Assembly: GCA_951406725.2 (NCBI GenBank)
Contig: OX597841.1
Location: 5,208,001 to 5,272,000, forward strand
Direction of reading: 5' to 3'
From: Octopus vulgaris
Taxonomy: Eukaryota
DNA length: 64,000 nt
The notes beneath the pieces were generated by a model. The model was given only the letters and a program-made list of their open reading frames with translations, was not told where the DNA came from and ran no database searches. Made by a program: the position numbers and the translations under genes. Below, piece after piece: positions 53,570 through 64,000 of the stretch. Position 1 is the stretch's first letter, and each line of letters starts with the position of its first letter.

Positions 53570-53670
53570 ATTCCTTTTCCACTGTGAACTGTATGGATGA
53601 CATTATTGAGTTCACATGATCTAACAGCACTTGGACATCTTCCTGGTGGGCACAGAGTATAAAGGTGTAT
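53570..53670 (-). mobile_element. Penelope-like RT fragment
   Basis: rc TFILCAHQEDVQVLLDHVNSIMSSIQFTVEKE, matching the post-YxDD PLE motif L-x-H-x-N-S-I...IQFT-x-E-x-E. Confidence 0.75.
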
Positions 53671-53857
53671 TGTGACCTTTAAATAATAATGTGTGTGTGT
53701 GTGAGCTTATGTATTTCTCTCTAACCTCTTCCACTATTACTTGCTAACTAGTGCTGGTTTGTTTATGTCCCCATAACCTAGCACTTCAGCAAAAGTGATG
53801 AAGAATAGCCTAATAAAAGGCACAGGTTCTGGGGTAGATTCATTCAAGTAAAACCCT

Positions 53858-55885
53858 TTAACCCTTTTGTTACTGTATTTATTTTGAGATGCTCTGTGTT
53901 TCTTTCAATTACTTTAAATATAACAAAGAATTTAGTAAAATAACTTAGTTATCATTCAGCTAGTGACAGGAACATAAATTGTGACTAAGGTTTGGTGGAA
54001 GATTTTAATTCAAAACTTATGAAAACAAGACATTTGTACTACAGAGCCAGAGGTGGTTTCAAGCAGGTTTGGTATCAAAAGGGTTAAGAATTGTTTCTCT
54101 ATTATATATTTTAACCCTTTCATTACCATACTTCTGTTGAGATGCTCTGTGTTTCTTCCAATTACTTTAAATATAACAAAGAATTTAGTAAGCTAACTTA
54201 GTTATCATTAAGCTAGTGTTAGGTACATAAATTGTGACTAAGGTTTGGTGGAAGATTTTAATTCAAAACTTATGAAAACAAGACATTTTACCACAGAGCC
54301 GGGTTAGTAACAAAAGGGTTAAGGCTGGGCTTCAACATTAGTCCTATTTCAATGATTTAAATTTTTTTTAATTTGTACTTCAATAACAATGGCACAGAAA
54401 AAAAATTCAAACAATTTTTTTTTTTAAATATTACAAATTTTATTAAATTGCTTTTTGGCTTTGGTAATTTGTCATTTATAAAAAAACATCTTTTAATATA
54501 GCTATTTACTGCTTGTTTTTTTTCTATCCTTCTCCTTCTGATCATCAAGTCTGAATGTGGCAAGGAAGACACCAAACTTCATCACAAGAGCCTACAAGAC
54601 ATCACCAAGTTGACAACGGTTTGTCAGCCTGTTGTTGAGCACATCACGAGATCCATCTACAAGGAGATTTGTGCTGTGCTCAAAATGTATCTCACAAACG
54701 ATATCAGATTTCTTTCACTTCAGACTGCTCGACTCTGATATACTGTACAGCTTTCTGTCTGGTATCATTTCGTTTATCTACATCTGCATTTTCAGCCTTA
54801 GTCTTGGGGACTTTATTCAAATTTTAAAGTAATTTACTTTTTATCAATTTCTAAGATTTAGTATTATGTAAGCTTTTTGAAAAATAGATAACTTTTTTTC
54901 AATTTGTCTTATTTAACCCTCTTGTTACCATAATTCTGTTGAGATGCTCTGTGTTTCTTTCAATTACTTTAAATATAACAAAGAATTTAGTAAAATAACT
55001 TATCATTCAGCTAGTGTTAGGAACATAAATTGCGGCTAAGGTTTGATGGAGATTTTAATTCGAAACTTATGAAAACAAGACATTTGTACAACAGAGCCAG
55101 AGGTGGTTTCAAGCAGGTTGTTATCAAAAGGGTTAAGAATTGTTTCTCTATTATATATTTTAACCCTCTTGTTACCATATTTCTGTTGAGATGCTCTGTG
55201 TTTCTTTCAATTACTTTAAATATAACAAAGAATTTAGTAAAATAACTTAGTTATCATTAAGCTAGTGTTAGGAACATAAATTGTGACTAAGGTTTGGTGG
55301 AAGATTTTAATTCAAAACTTATGAAAACAAGACATTTGTACTCAGAACCAGAGGTGGTTTCAACCAGGTTGGTATCAAAAGGGTTAAGAATTGTTTCCTC
55401 TATTATATATTTTAACCCTTTTGTTACCATACTTCTGTTGAGATGCTCTGTGTTTCTGTCAATTATTTTAAATATAACAAAGAATTTAGTAAAATAACTC
55501 AGTTATCATAGATTTTTAATTCAAAACTTATGAAAACAAGACATTTGTACTACAGAGCCAGAGGTGGTTTCAACCAGGTTGGTATCGAAAGGGTTAAGAA
55601 TTGTTTCTCTATTATATATTTTAACCCTCTTGTTACCATATTTCTGTTGAGATGCTCCGTGTTTCTTTCAATTCCTTTAAATATAACAAAGAATTTAGTA
55701 AAATACTTAGTTATCATTAAGCTAGTGTTAGGAACATAGATTGTGACTAAGGTTTGGTGGAAGAATTTAATTCAAAACTTATGAAAACAAGACATTTGGT
55801 TTGGTGGTATATTTTAATGAAAAACTTATGGAAACAAGACATTTGTACTACAGAGCCAGAGCCGGGTTGGTAACAAAATGGTTAA
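53858..55885. mobile_element. piggyBac-like MITE tandem arrays (2 units 53858-54322; 4 units 54913-55885)
   Basis: Each unit TTAA-CCCTYTTGTTAC...CAAAAGGG-TTAA, joined by a constant ~23-bp spacer. Confidence 0.75.
54547..54760 (+). pseudogene. Ancient degenerate histone H4 pseudogene
   Basis: KSECGKEDTKLHHK/QDITK/VEHITRSIYKEICAVLKMYLTNDIR/ILYSF aligns to [48 protein letters not shown]. Confidence 0.8.
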
Positions 55886-56189
55886 AAAGTGGACTAGTAA
55901 AAGAAATGCTGGCACAGGAGTGAGAATCTTAATAAACTGATGCTAGAAAAGTTCAGGGTAAGAAGTAGAACCGAAATAATATGACAGCTAAAGTTGGTAT
56001 CCTCTCATGTGTATATGTAACTGAGACTGTTCCCAATGGCTTATGTTCTGTCTTAGATTTTCAGTATTTTGGGGAAGATCAGGTTGGCGTCATTCAAAGG
56101 CTAAAACAATGCGAACGCATTGTGACCAGCGATGTGTAACAATATCTGATGGTCTGGTCGGTCACGTGATATGAATAACTACACACTTT

Positions 56190-56569
56190 GTTAATTGCAT
56201 CTTTTGATGAAAGACCTTCCACAGATAACACACTGACATGGTTTCTTTCTTGTGTGAGTAAATGTGTTTTTACTTAAGTGACCATTTTGAGAGAATGATT
56301 TACCACAGATATCACAGAGGTACAGCTTCGTCGTCCTATGATTTTGTTTCTGTTCAGCAAAATAATCAATTTGAGAGAATGATTTACAACAAATTTCAGT
56401 AATAGGCGCAGGAGTGGCTGTGTGGTAAGTAGCTTGCCTACCAACCACATGGTTCCGGGTTCAGTCCCACTGCGTGGCACCTTGGGCGAGTGTCTTCTAC
56501 AATAGCCTCGGGCCGACCAGAGCCTTGTGAGTGGATTTGGTAGACGGAAACTGAAAGAAGCCCGTCGTG

Positions 56570-56600
<31 letters not shown>

Positions 56601-56959
56601 GTGTCTGTGTTTGTCCCCTAGCATTGCTTGACAGCCGATGCTGGTGTGTTTATGTCCCCGTCACTTAGCGGTTCAGCAAAAGAGACCGATAGAATAAGTA
56701 CTGGGCTTACAAAGAATAAGTCCCGGGGTCGAGTTGCTCGACTAAAGGCGGTGCTCCAGCATGGCCGCAGTCAAATGACTGAAACAAGTAAAAAGAGTAA
56801 CATAGTTTCTGTCCATTATGAATATGTTTGTGTTTAGTTAAGTGACAACTTTGAGTGAATGATTTACCACAAATATTACAGCAATATGGTTTCTCTCCAG
56901 TATGAATACGTTTGTGTTTAGTTAAATCGTCATTATCACAGAAAGATTTACGACAAATA
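56190..56959 (-). pseudogene. Fossil C2H2 fingers downstream of ZNF-C
   Basis: Out-of-frame fingers after a small deletion at ~56960; split by a SINE. Confidence 0.85.
56404..56800 (+). mobile_element. SINE family A inserted in fossil fingers
   Basis: Full length. Confidence 0.9.
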
Positions 56960-59900
56960 TTAGTGATATGGTTTCTCTCCTTTGTGAATATGAATACGTT
57001 TGTGTATCTCAGAATAACTTTTTCTAGAGAATGATTTACCACAGATTTCACAGTGGTATGGCTTCTCTCCTGTATGACATCTTTTGTGTACAGTCAAACT
57101 ATCGGTTCGAGGAAATGATTTACCACAGATATCACAACAATACGGTTTCTCTCCTGTGTGAATGCGTTTGTGTCTCTCACACTGATATCTTTGAGAGAAT
57201 GATTTACCACAGATTTCACAGTGATATGGACTCTCTCCTGTATGACTTTGTTTGTGTACAGTCAAATGTTCATTTCGAGAGAATGATTTACCACAGATAT
57301 CACAGCAATACGGTTTGTCTCCAGTATGAATACATATGTGTTTAGTTAAATCACCATTATCGCTGAAAGATTTACCACAGATATCACAATGGTATGGATT
57401 CTCTCCTGGGTGAATACGTTTGTGTTTATCAAAGTTGCTTCTTTGAGCGAATGATTTACCACAGATATCGCACTGATATGGTTTCTCCCCTGTATGAATA
57501 CGTTCGTGTTTGGTTAAAGTGCCACTTTGAGAGAATGATTTACCACAGACGTCACAATGATATGGCTTCTCTCCTGTATGAATACGTCTATGTTGAATTA
57601 ATATGCTACCTGCAGAAAATGAGTTACCACAAATATCACAGTGAAATGGTTTCTCACCTGTATGACTTTGTTTGTGTCTCTCAGACTGATATCTTTGAGA
57701 GAATGATTTACCACATATATCACAGTGATATGGTTTTTCTCCTGTATGAATGTGTTTGTGTACAGTCAAATATTCATTTCGAGAGAATGATTTACCACAG
57801 ATATCACAGTGATAAGGTTTCTCTCCTGTGTGAATGCGTTTGTGTCTCTCAGACTGACATCTTTGAGAGAATGATTTACCACAGATATCACAGTGATATG
57901 GTTTCTCTCCTGTGTGAATGCGTTTGTGTCTCTCAGACTGATATCTTTGAGAGAATGATTTACCACAGATATCACAGTGATATGGTTTTTCTCCTGTATG
58001 ACTTTGTTTGTGTACAGCCAAATGTACATTTCGAGAGAATGATTTACCACAGATATCACAGCGATATGGTTTTTCTCCTGTATGAATACGCTTATGTGTA
58101 TTTAAATCATACTTTTGACAGAATGATTTACCACAGACATCACAGTGATATGGCTTCTCTCCTGTGTGAATGCGTTTGTGTACAGTTAAAGCATATATTC
58201 GCGAAAATGATTTATCACAGATATCACAATGATATGGTTTTTCCCCTGTATGAACACGTTTGTGAATAGTTAAAGAATTTCCTTTAGAGAATGATTTACC
58301 ACAGATTTCACAGCGATATGGTTTCTCCCCTGTATGACTTCTTTTGTGTACAGTTAAGGAAGAACTTTGATGAAATGATTTACCACAAATATCACAGTGA
58401 TATGATGTCTCTCTTTTGTGAATACATTTGTGGTTATTAAAGTGACTTTTATGAGCGAATGATTTATCACAGGTATTACAGTGATATGGCTTCTCACCTG
58501 TATGAATCCGTTTGTGTACAATTAAACCATCAATTTGATGAAATGATTTACCACAGATATCACAACAATATGGTCTCTCACCTGTATGATATCTTTTGTG
58601 TATAGATAAGCCATCAATTCGACAAAATGATTTACCACAGATATCACAATGATATGGCTTCTCACCTGTGTGAATACGTTTGTGTTGGGTTAAAACATAA
58701 CTTCGAGAGAATGATATACCACAGATATCACAGTGATATGGCTTCTCTCCTGTGTGAATACGTCTATGCGGTGTTAAGAGATCCTTTCTTGAGAATGATA
58801 TACCACAAATATCACACTGATATGGTTTTTCACCTGTATGGCTCCTTTTGTGTACAGTTAAGCCATCATTTCGAACAAATGATTTACCACAGATATCACA
58901 GTGATATGGTTTTTCTCCAGTATGAATACATATGTGTTTAGTTAAATCACCATTATCGCTGAAAGATTTACCACAGGTAACACACTGATATGGTTTCTCT
59001 CCTGGGTGAATACATTTGTGTCTATCAAAGGGACTTCTTTGAGCGAATGATTTACCACAGATATCGCACTGATATGGTTTCTCTCCTGTATGAATACGTT
59101 TGTGTACAGTTAGGCCATCAATTCGATGAAATGAATTACCGCAGATATCACAACAATATGGTTTCTCTCCTGTATGAATACGTTTGTGTTTGGTTAAAAC
59201 ATAACTTTGAGAGAATGATTTACCACAGATATCACAGTGATATGGCTTCTCTCCTGTATGAATACGTTTATGGAAGGTTAAGAAATATTTTGTTGATAAT
59301 GATTTACCACAGATATCACAGTGATATGGTTTTTCTCCTGTGTGAATGCGTTTGTGTCGAGTTAATTGACGTGTTTGAGAGAATGAGTTACCACAGACGT
59401 CACAATGATATGGCTTCTCTCCTGTATGAATACGTCTATGTTTAATTAATATGCCACCTGCAGAAAATGATTTACCACAAATATCACAGTGAAATGGTTT
59501 CTCACCTGTATGACTTCGTTTGTGATCAGTAAGGTGATTACTTCGAGAGAACGATTTACCACAGATATCACAGTGATGTGGCTTCTCTCCTGTATGAATA
59601 CGTTTATGGAGGGTTAAGAAATATTTTGTTGAGAATGATTTACGACAGATATCGCACTGATATGGTTTCTCCCTTGTATGAATACGTTCGTGTTTGGCTA
59701 AAGTGCCACTCTGAGAGAATGATTTACCACAGATATCACAGTGATATGGTTTTTCTCCTGTATGGCTTCGTTTGTGTACAACTAAGCAGCCACTTTGAGT
59801 GAATGATTTACCACAAATATTACAGCAATATGGTTTCTCTCCAGTATGAATACGTTTGTGTTTGCTTAAAGCACCACTTTGAGAAAATGATTTACCACAG

Positions 59901-60016
59901 ATATCACAGTAATAGGATGGTTTCAGTTTCTCTTCCTTTATATCACTGGAAAAACCAATGCTTCCAATCTGTAATTTAGATTCAAACTTATTCTCATATA
60001 ATTCATTTTCCATCAT
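56960..60016 (-). CDS. C2H2 zinc-finger protein ZNF-C, ~35 fingers, 1018 aa
   Basis: Uninterrupted 28-aa C2H2 repeats after a ~34-aa leader; no KRAB, SCAN or BTB domain. Confidence 0.95.
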   Translation of the reverse strand: MMENELYENKFESKLQIGSIGFSSDIKEEKLKPSYYCDICGKSFSQSGALSKHKRIHTGEKPYCCNICGKSFTQSGCLVVHKRSHTGEKPYHCDICGKSFSQSGTLAKHERIHTREKPYQCDICRKSFSTKYFLTLHKRIHTGEKPHHCDICGKSFSRSNHLTDHKRSHTGEKPFHCDICGKSFSAGGILIKHRRIHTGEKPYHCDVCGNSFSQTRQLTRHKRIHTGEKPYHCDICGKSLSTKYFLTFHKRIHTGEKPYHCDICGKSFSQSYVLTKHKRIHTGEKPYCCDICGNSFHRIDGLTVHKRIHTGEKPYQCDICGKSFAQRSPFDRHKCIHPGEKPYQCVTCGKSFSDNGDLTKHICIHTGEKPYHCDICGKSFVRNDGLTVHKRSHTGEKPYQCDICGISFSRKDLLTPHRRIHTGEKPYHCDICGISFSRSYVLTQHKRIHTGEKPYHCDICGKSFCRIDGLSIHKRYHTGERPYCCDICGKSFHQIDGLIVHKRIHTGEKPYHCNTCDKSFAHKSHFNNHKCIHKRETSYHCDICGKSFHQSSSLTVHKRSHTGEKPYRCEICGKSFSKGNSLTIHKRVHTGEKPYHCDICDKSFSRIYALTVHKRIHTGEKPYHCDVCGKSFCQKYDLNTHKRIHTGEKPYRCDICGKSFSRNVHLAVHKQSHTGEKPYHCDICGKSFSQRYQSERHKRIHTGEKPYHCDICGKSFSQRCQSERHKRIHTGEKPYHCDICGKSFSRNEYLTVHKHIHTGEKPYHCDICGKSFSQRYQSERHKQSHTGEKPFHCDICGNSFSAGSILIQHRRIHTGEKPYHCDVCGKSFSQSGTLTKHERIHTGEKPYQCDICGKSFAQRSNFDKHKRIHPGENPYHCDICGKSFSDNGDLTKHICIHTGDKPYCCDICGKSFSRNEHLTVHKQSHTGESPYHCEICGKSFSQRYQCERHKRIHTGEKPYCCDICGKSFPRTDSLTVHKRCHTGEKPYHCEICGKSFSRKSYSEIHKRIHIHKGEKPYH

Positions 60017-60370
60017 TGTTCTTTCCTCACTACAATTTCCAGGTGTTTATCTTCTTCACTTTTATATATTTTATTGCTAATAAATATTTATACTACTGTG
60101 ATCTTTGCTGATATATCATGGACGTTGCAAATCCCTTTATCAATCCACTGAAGTTCGTTTCAGATGCAAAATAATCTTGGACACATTCCAGACAGTCAAG
60201 AATGCAGTTTTTGTTATAAATCTGAGTTCAGGAGAAAATGTTTGGCTGTAATATTCCAAAGATTTATATAAGCAGAGTTATATGTGTTCTGCATAAGATT
60301 TTCTTTTGAGTCTTTAAACAAGGATATTGATGATGTATACCATTCTTAGATGCCAATGTCATTTGTTATT

Positions 60371-61295
60371 CTGAAACAGTAGAGAAAAAAACAAAATAAG
60401 ACACTTAAAATAAAGCAATAGAAATTCTAGAATATTTCTTATATTATAATTGAACTGTTTCCCTCTATTTTCAAGATGTAGATAAATAAATGGGTGTGTG
60501 GTAACGAAATTTATTTTCTAACCATGTGGTCTTGATTTCAATCCCTCTTTGTGCAACTCACTTCTGCTTTGGGCAACAAGTTAACCAAAGCCTTGTGTGT
60601 GGATTTGGTAAACAGCATCAGTGTGGAAACTTATGTGTATGTATGTTTATGTATATGTGTGTGTATGTACATACATACATCATACATATATATATATCTA
60701 TATATATAAAACTCAACGTGTATCTGTGTGTTTAACTTCCCGGCACAACTCCTCCCAGCCAACAAATCGTAGAACCACCAAAAATGGGTCACTTAAAGTT
60801 TAGGCGAATGAAAATTGAACTGTGCTATTTCTGTTCCGAAATTCATCTCGCAAGTGCAAAAATCGATAATGTGTTTGTTTAGGCCTTATCCCATGCATTG
60901 AATAGTGAACTTTACTCAGTCAGCTGTTTGACGTGAACTGTGTTCACCACGCGTGCAAGCATGTGTAAATTGCATGAAAAATAAAAAAATCAAGATATAA
61001 AGACGAATCGCCGTAAACATTGTAAAAATTCGGCATGTAGCCTGGAGGGTTTTTTCATATTAATATATATATATATCATCATATATATATGTACGTATAT
61101 ATATATATATATATAATTATAATAAAGGGTTAATTGCAACAAGTTGCTTAAACCACATACCGAAAATATTAGAAATAGCAGCCAAATAGGTTACCATAAT
61201 TATATATAATCCTTACCGAATATGCTCATTTCCATACCGAAAAAACTACTAGGTGAAATTTATTGATTTTATTAAATTAATTATATTTCACCCTT

Positions 61296-61359
<64 letters not shown>

Positions 61360-61643
61360 TATATATATATATTTGAGGGTATGATAGAAGAAGGCTAACT
61401 CTTCCTTCCGTAGAAGAAAAAATTCAAATCGGACCATTTTAACACCAAAAATTATTTACATCAAAGAGGTGCCTTTTTTCTATGAAAATCCCAATTTTTT
61501 ACGATGTTTTGACTCCTGTGTCGCCATTTTTCGGTGTTTTTCACTTAAAGAGAATAACAAGCTACATACTGCCGAAGTTTTACTTTTCAAAAATTCCAAT
61601 GCTAAAGGGTCTAAACAAACCGCAATGCCGGGCGATACTGCAA

Positions 61644-61717
<74 letters not shown>

Positions 61718-62164
61718 GAAAGTTGGTTTGTGAAAGCACGTGGTTGAATATATAGAAAATAGTAAAAAGTGAAAAAAATACAAAAGGCTTGTTTTAAAAT
61801 ATATATTTTTTAACCTTTTACAACAAGCCTTCTGTAGTTTTTACTATTTTATATATATACATATACTTAATAAAAAGGGTTCAGCAAAGATTTGCTTTAC
61901 CACACCGAAGTTTAGAAATAGCAGCCAAATATCTTCTACTTTAAAAAGGGACTCCTTTTAAAGTAAAAGAAATAGCTAAGATTTTTGGCTGCTATTTCTA
62001 AACTTCGGTATGTGATAAAGCAAATCTTTGCTGGACCCTTTTTATTAAGTATTACTTAAGGTTACCGTGAAACGGTCCTTTTTTCATACCAATTTCTACT
62101 TGGTGGAATTATTGATTACTGCTTAATTAATTAATTTTACCCTTTGTTATTATTGATATATATA

Positions 62165-62210
<46 letters not shown>

Positions 62211-62971
62211 AAGGGCGATCCCAGTAAAACCAAAGCACTTATTTTGGTTTTACTGGGATCGCCCTTTTAAGTAGAAAGAATAGCCAAAACTTTTTGACTG
62301 CTATTTCTAAATTCGGTATGTGGTGAGGCAAATCGTTGCTGAACCCTTAATTAATTAGTATTACTTAAACCTTCCTTGAATGGGTCTTTTACATACCGAA
62401 CTCTACTTGGCGAAATTAATGATTATTTTTAAATTAATTTCACCCTATATTATTGAGATATATATATATATATATATATATATTATGCATGCATACACAG
62501 GTATTTCAGTACATATAAATTTGTAAATAACTAGCAGAGATAGCTGGCGTTGCTCATGACACACGGAACTGAACGATTAGACATTTCTCTTATATTTTCT
62601 CTAATGAACTGGAATACTTACCGTTTGAATTTCATCAAAATTCCAGATTAAGAATTTTATCGACTAGTCACGACTAGCTAGTGCGGATGCGCGCACCGGG
62701 ACCATTTTTCTTTAAATAGTACCCTAATAAAATCGTTATACACGCCATCTGAAAGGTATTCGTCCAAAATTTTAGCTTTAAAACATCCAGTTGGCTTATC
62801 AAAAAAAAACTGGCGACGATAGTTAAAAATACATAGTTTTTACACATGAGTTGTTATGTCTAAAGAGGTGGAGAACAGAATTAATATTATTGTCTGACAA
62901 GCAACATCAAACGTTTTACAATAAACATATCCAAATACCTTTCCAAAAATATTTCTATTATTATATCTTAC
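60371..62971 (-). other. 5'UTR intron of ZNF-C
   Basis: rc donor CCG|GTAAGA at 62971; acceptor CTCTACTGTTTCAG|AATAAC at 60371. Confidence 0.7.
61115..62460. repeat. Cluster of (TA)n-embedded related repeats and fold-backs
   Basis: Inverted repeats at 61865-62050, 62207-62270 and 61755-61850; related units at 61115-61300 and 62270-62455. Confidence 0.8.
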
Positions 62972-63600
62972 CGGTAATGATACATAAATCTGGGTTTATG
63001 AATGAAATACCTTCAATTACAATAGACACGTGCTTCCACTGACAGAAAACAATAGAAATTGGCTTTCACACTAGAAATGACAAAACCCGACTAGGAAACA
63101 AAAACGAGGGAACGAAATTAGTTTCTATTTATAAGCGCCTACAAAATCATATATGTATTATTTCGAAAACTGTTATTTTGAAATATAAAAACTGTATAAA
63201 ACTTTACTTAAAATACGAACACAGGGTAATTCTATACATTTTCTCCGCCGACAATATCCGATCGGCTGAGTCGTGTCGGAAGGGACAATAAAACTCGGTG
63301 CTATAATTCTGAATATGTTTCTGAAGAACAATGAAATATCGATCTAGCTTTGCAGGAGCTCAAAATAATTTTAAAAGAAGGAAATAAATATCATTCCCAT
63401 TTTAACTGTGTTTCTCAAAGTTAAAGAATGGATACAGAAGTTGACTGTCCTAATTGTTAGTTCGTTTCGTTTCATCCATATCGGTGTTTCAAGTGGTGTC
63501 GTGAAATTTTAGTCCGAGTTGAATGGACATCATGAAATATACTGATTAGCCACAAGAAAAATAGATTAAAAATAGAAAATACATGGTGAAATACAAATAA
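62860..63600 (-). promoter_or_regulatory. ZNF-C promoter/non-coding exon-1 module
   Basis: Homologous to 11060-11700; donor at 62971. Confidence 0.6.
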
Positions 63601-63697
63601 GAATTTTAGACGGCTGTGGGAAAATAATTACTGCTTTTATTGATTCATTGTATAATATAAGTAGTATTAAATATATAGTCTATGATATATATATACC

Positions 63698-63930
63698 AGG
63701 CGGCGAGCTGGCAGAAAAGTTAGCACGCCGGGCGAAATACGTAGCCGTATTTCGTCTGCCGTTGCGTTCTGAGTTCAAATTCCGTCGAGATCGACTTTGC
63801 CTTTCATCCTTTCGGCGTTGATTCAATAAGTACCAGTTACGCACTGCGGTCGATGTAATCGACTTAATCCGTGTGTCTGTCCTTGTTTGTCCTCTCTGTG
63901 TTTAGCCCCTTGTGGGTAGTAAAGAAATAG
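63698..63930 (+). mobile_element. SINE family B, full length, within (TA)n
   Basis: GGCGGCGAGCTGGCAGAA head; CCCCTTGTGGGTAGTAAAGAAATA tail. Confidence 0.9.
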
Positions 63931-64000
63931 CTATATATATATATACTTACACCATCCTGTACAAGATGTCGGGCGGGTTATGGACTGACGTGGTCTGAAC

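Noticed and set aside
57031-59802. Antisense ORFs with [14 protein letters not shown] repeats (also 7798-8526)
   Set aside because: Shadow frames of the C2H2 repeats

Overview
AT-rich, microsatellite-laden eukaryotic DNA. The SINE families and the single-exon, KRAB-less tandem C2H2 genes suggest a cephalopod (Octopus-like) genome; this is an inference. Three paralogous C2H2 zinc-finger genes (12, 9 and about 35 fingers) share a non-coding first exon, a 5'UTR intron and decayed 'fossil' fingers behind the stop codon. They flank ten replication-dependent core histone genes arranged as divergent pairs (3x H2A/H2B, 2x H3/H4; no H1), each with a 3' stem-loop. There are also orphan H3 stem-loops and an old H4 pseudogene missing from the ORF track. 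The rest is transposon-derived: three tRNA-SINE families, CR1, CRE and L1/Tx1-like LINE ends, Penelope-like (PLE) fragments, Merlin- and piggyBac-like MITEs, Helitrons and fold-back palindromes. The most notable candidate is a 16-copy ~170-bp tandem array (2.9-5.6 kb). Each unit carries a minimal type-I hammerhead-like fold with a swapped G3:C8 core pair and derives from the terminal repeat of a PLE at 13.6-14.4 kb, i.e. a retrozyme-like array. All calls were made by eye; TE boundaries are approximate and no searches or folding computations were run.
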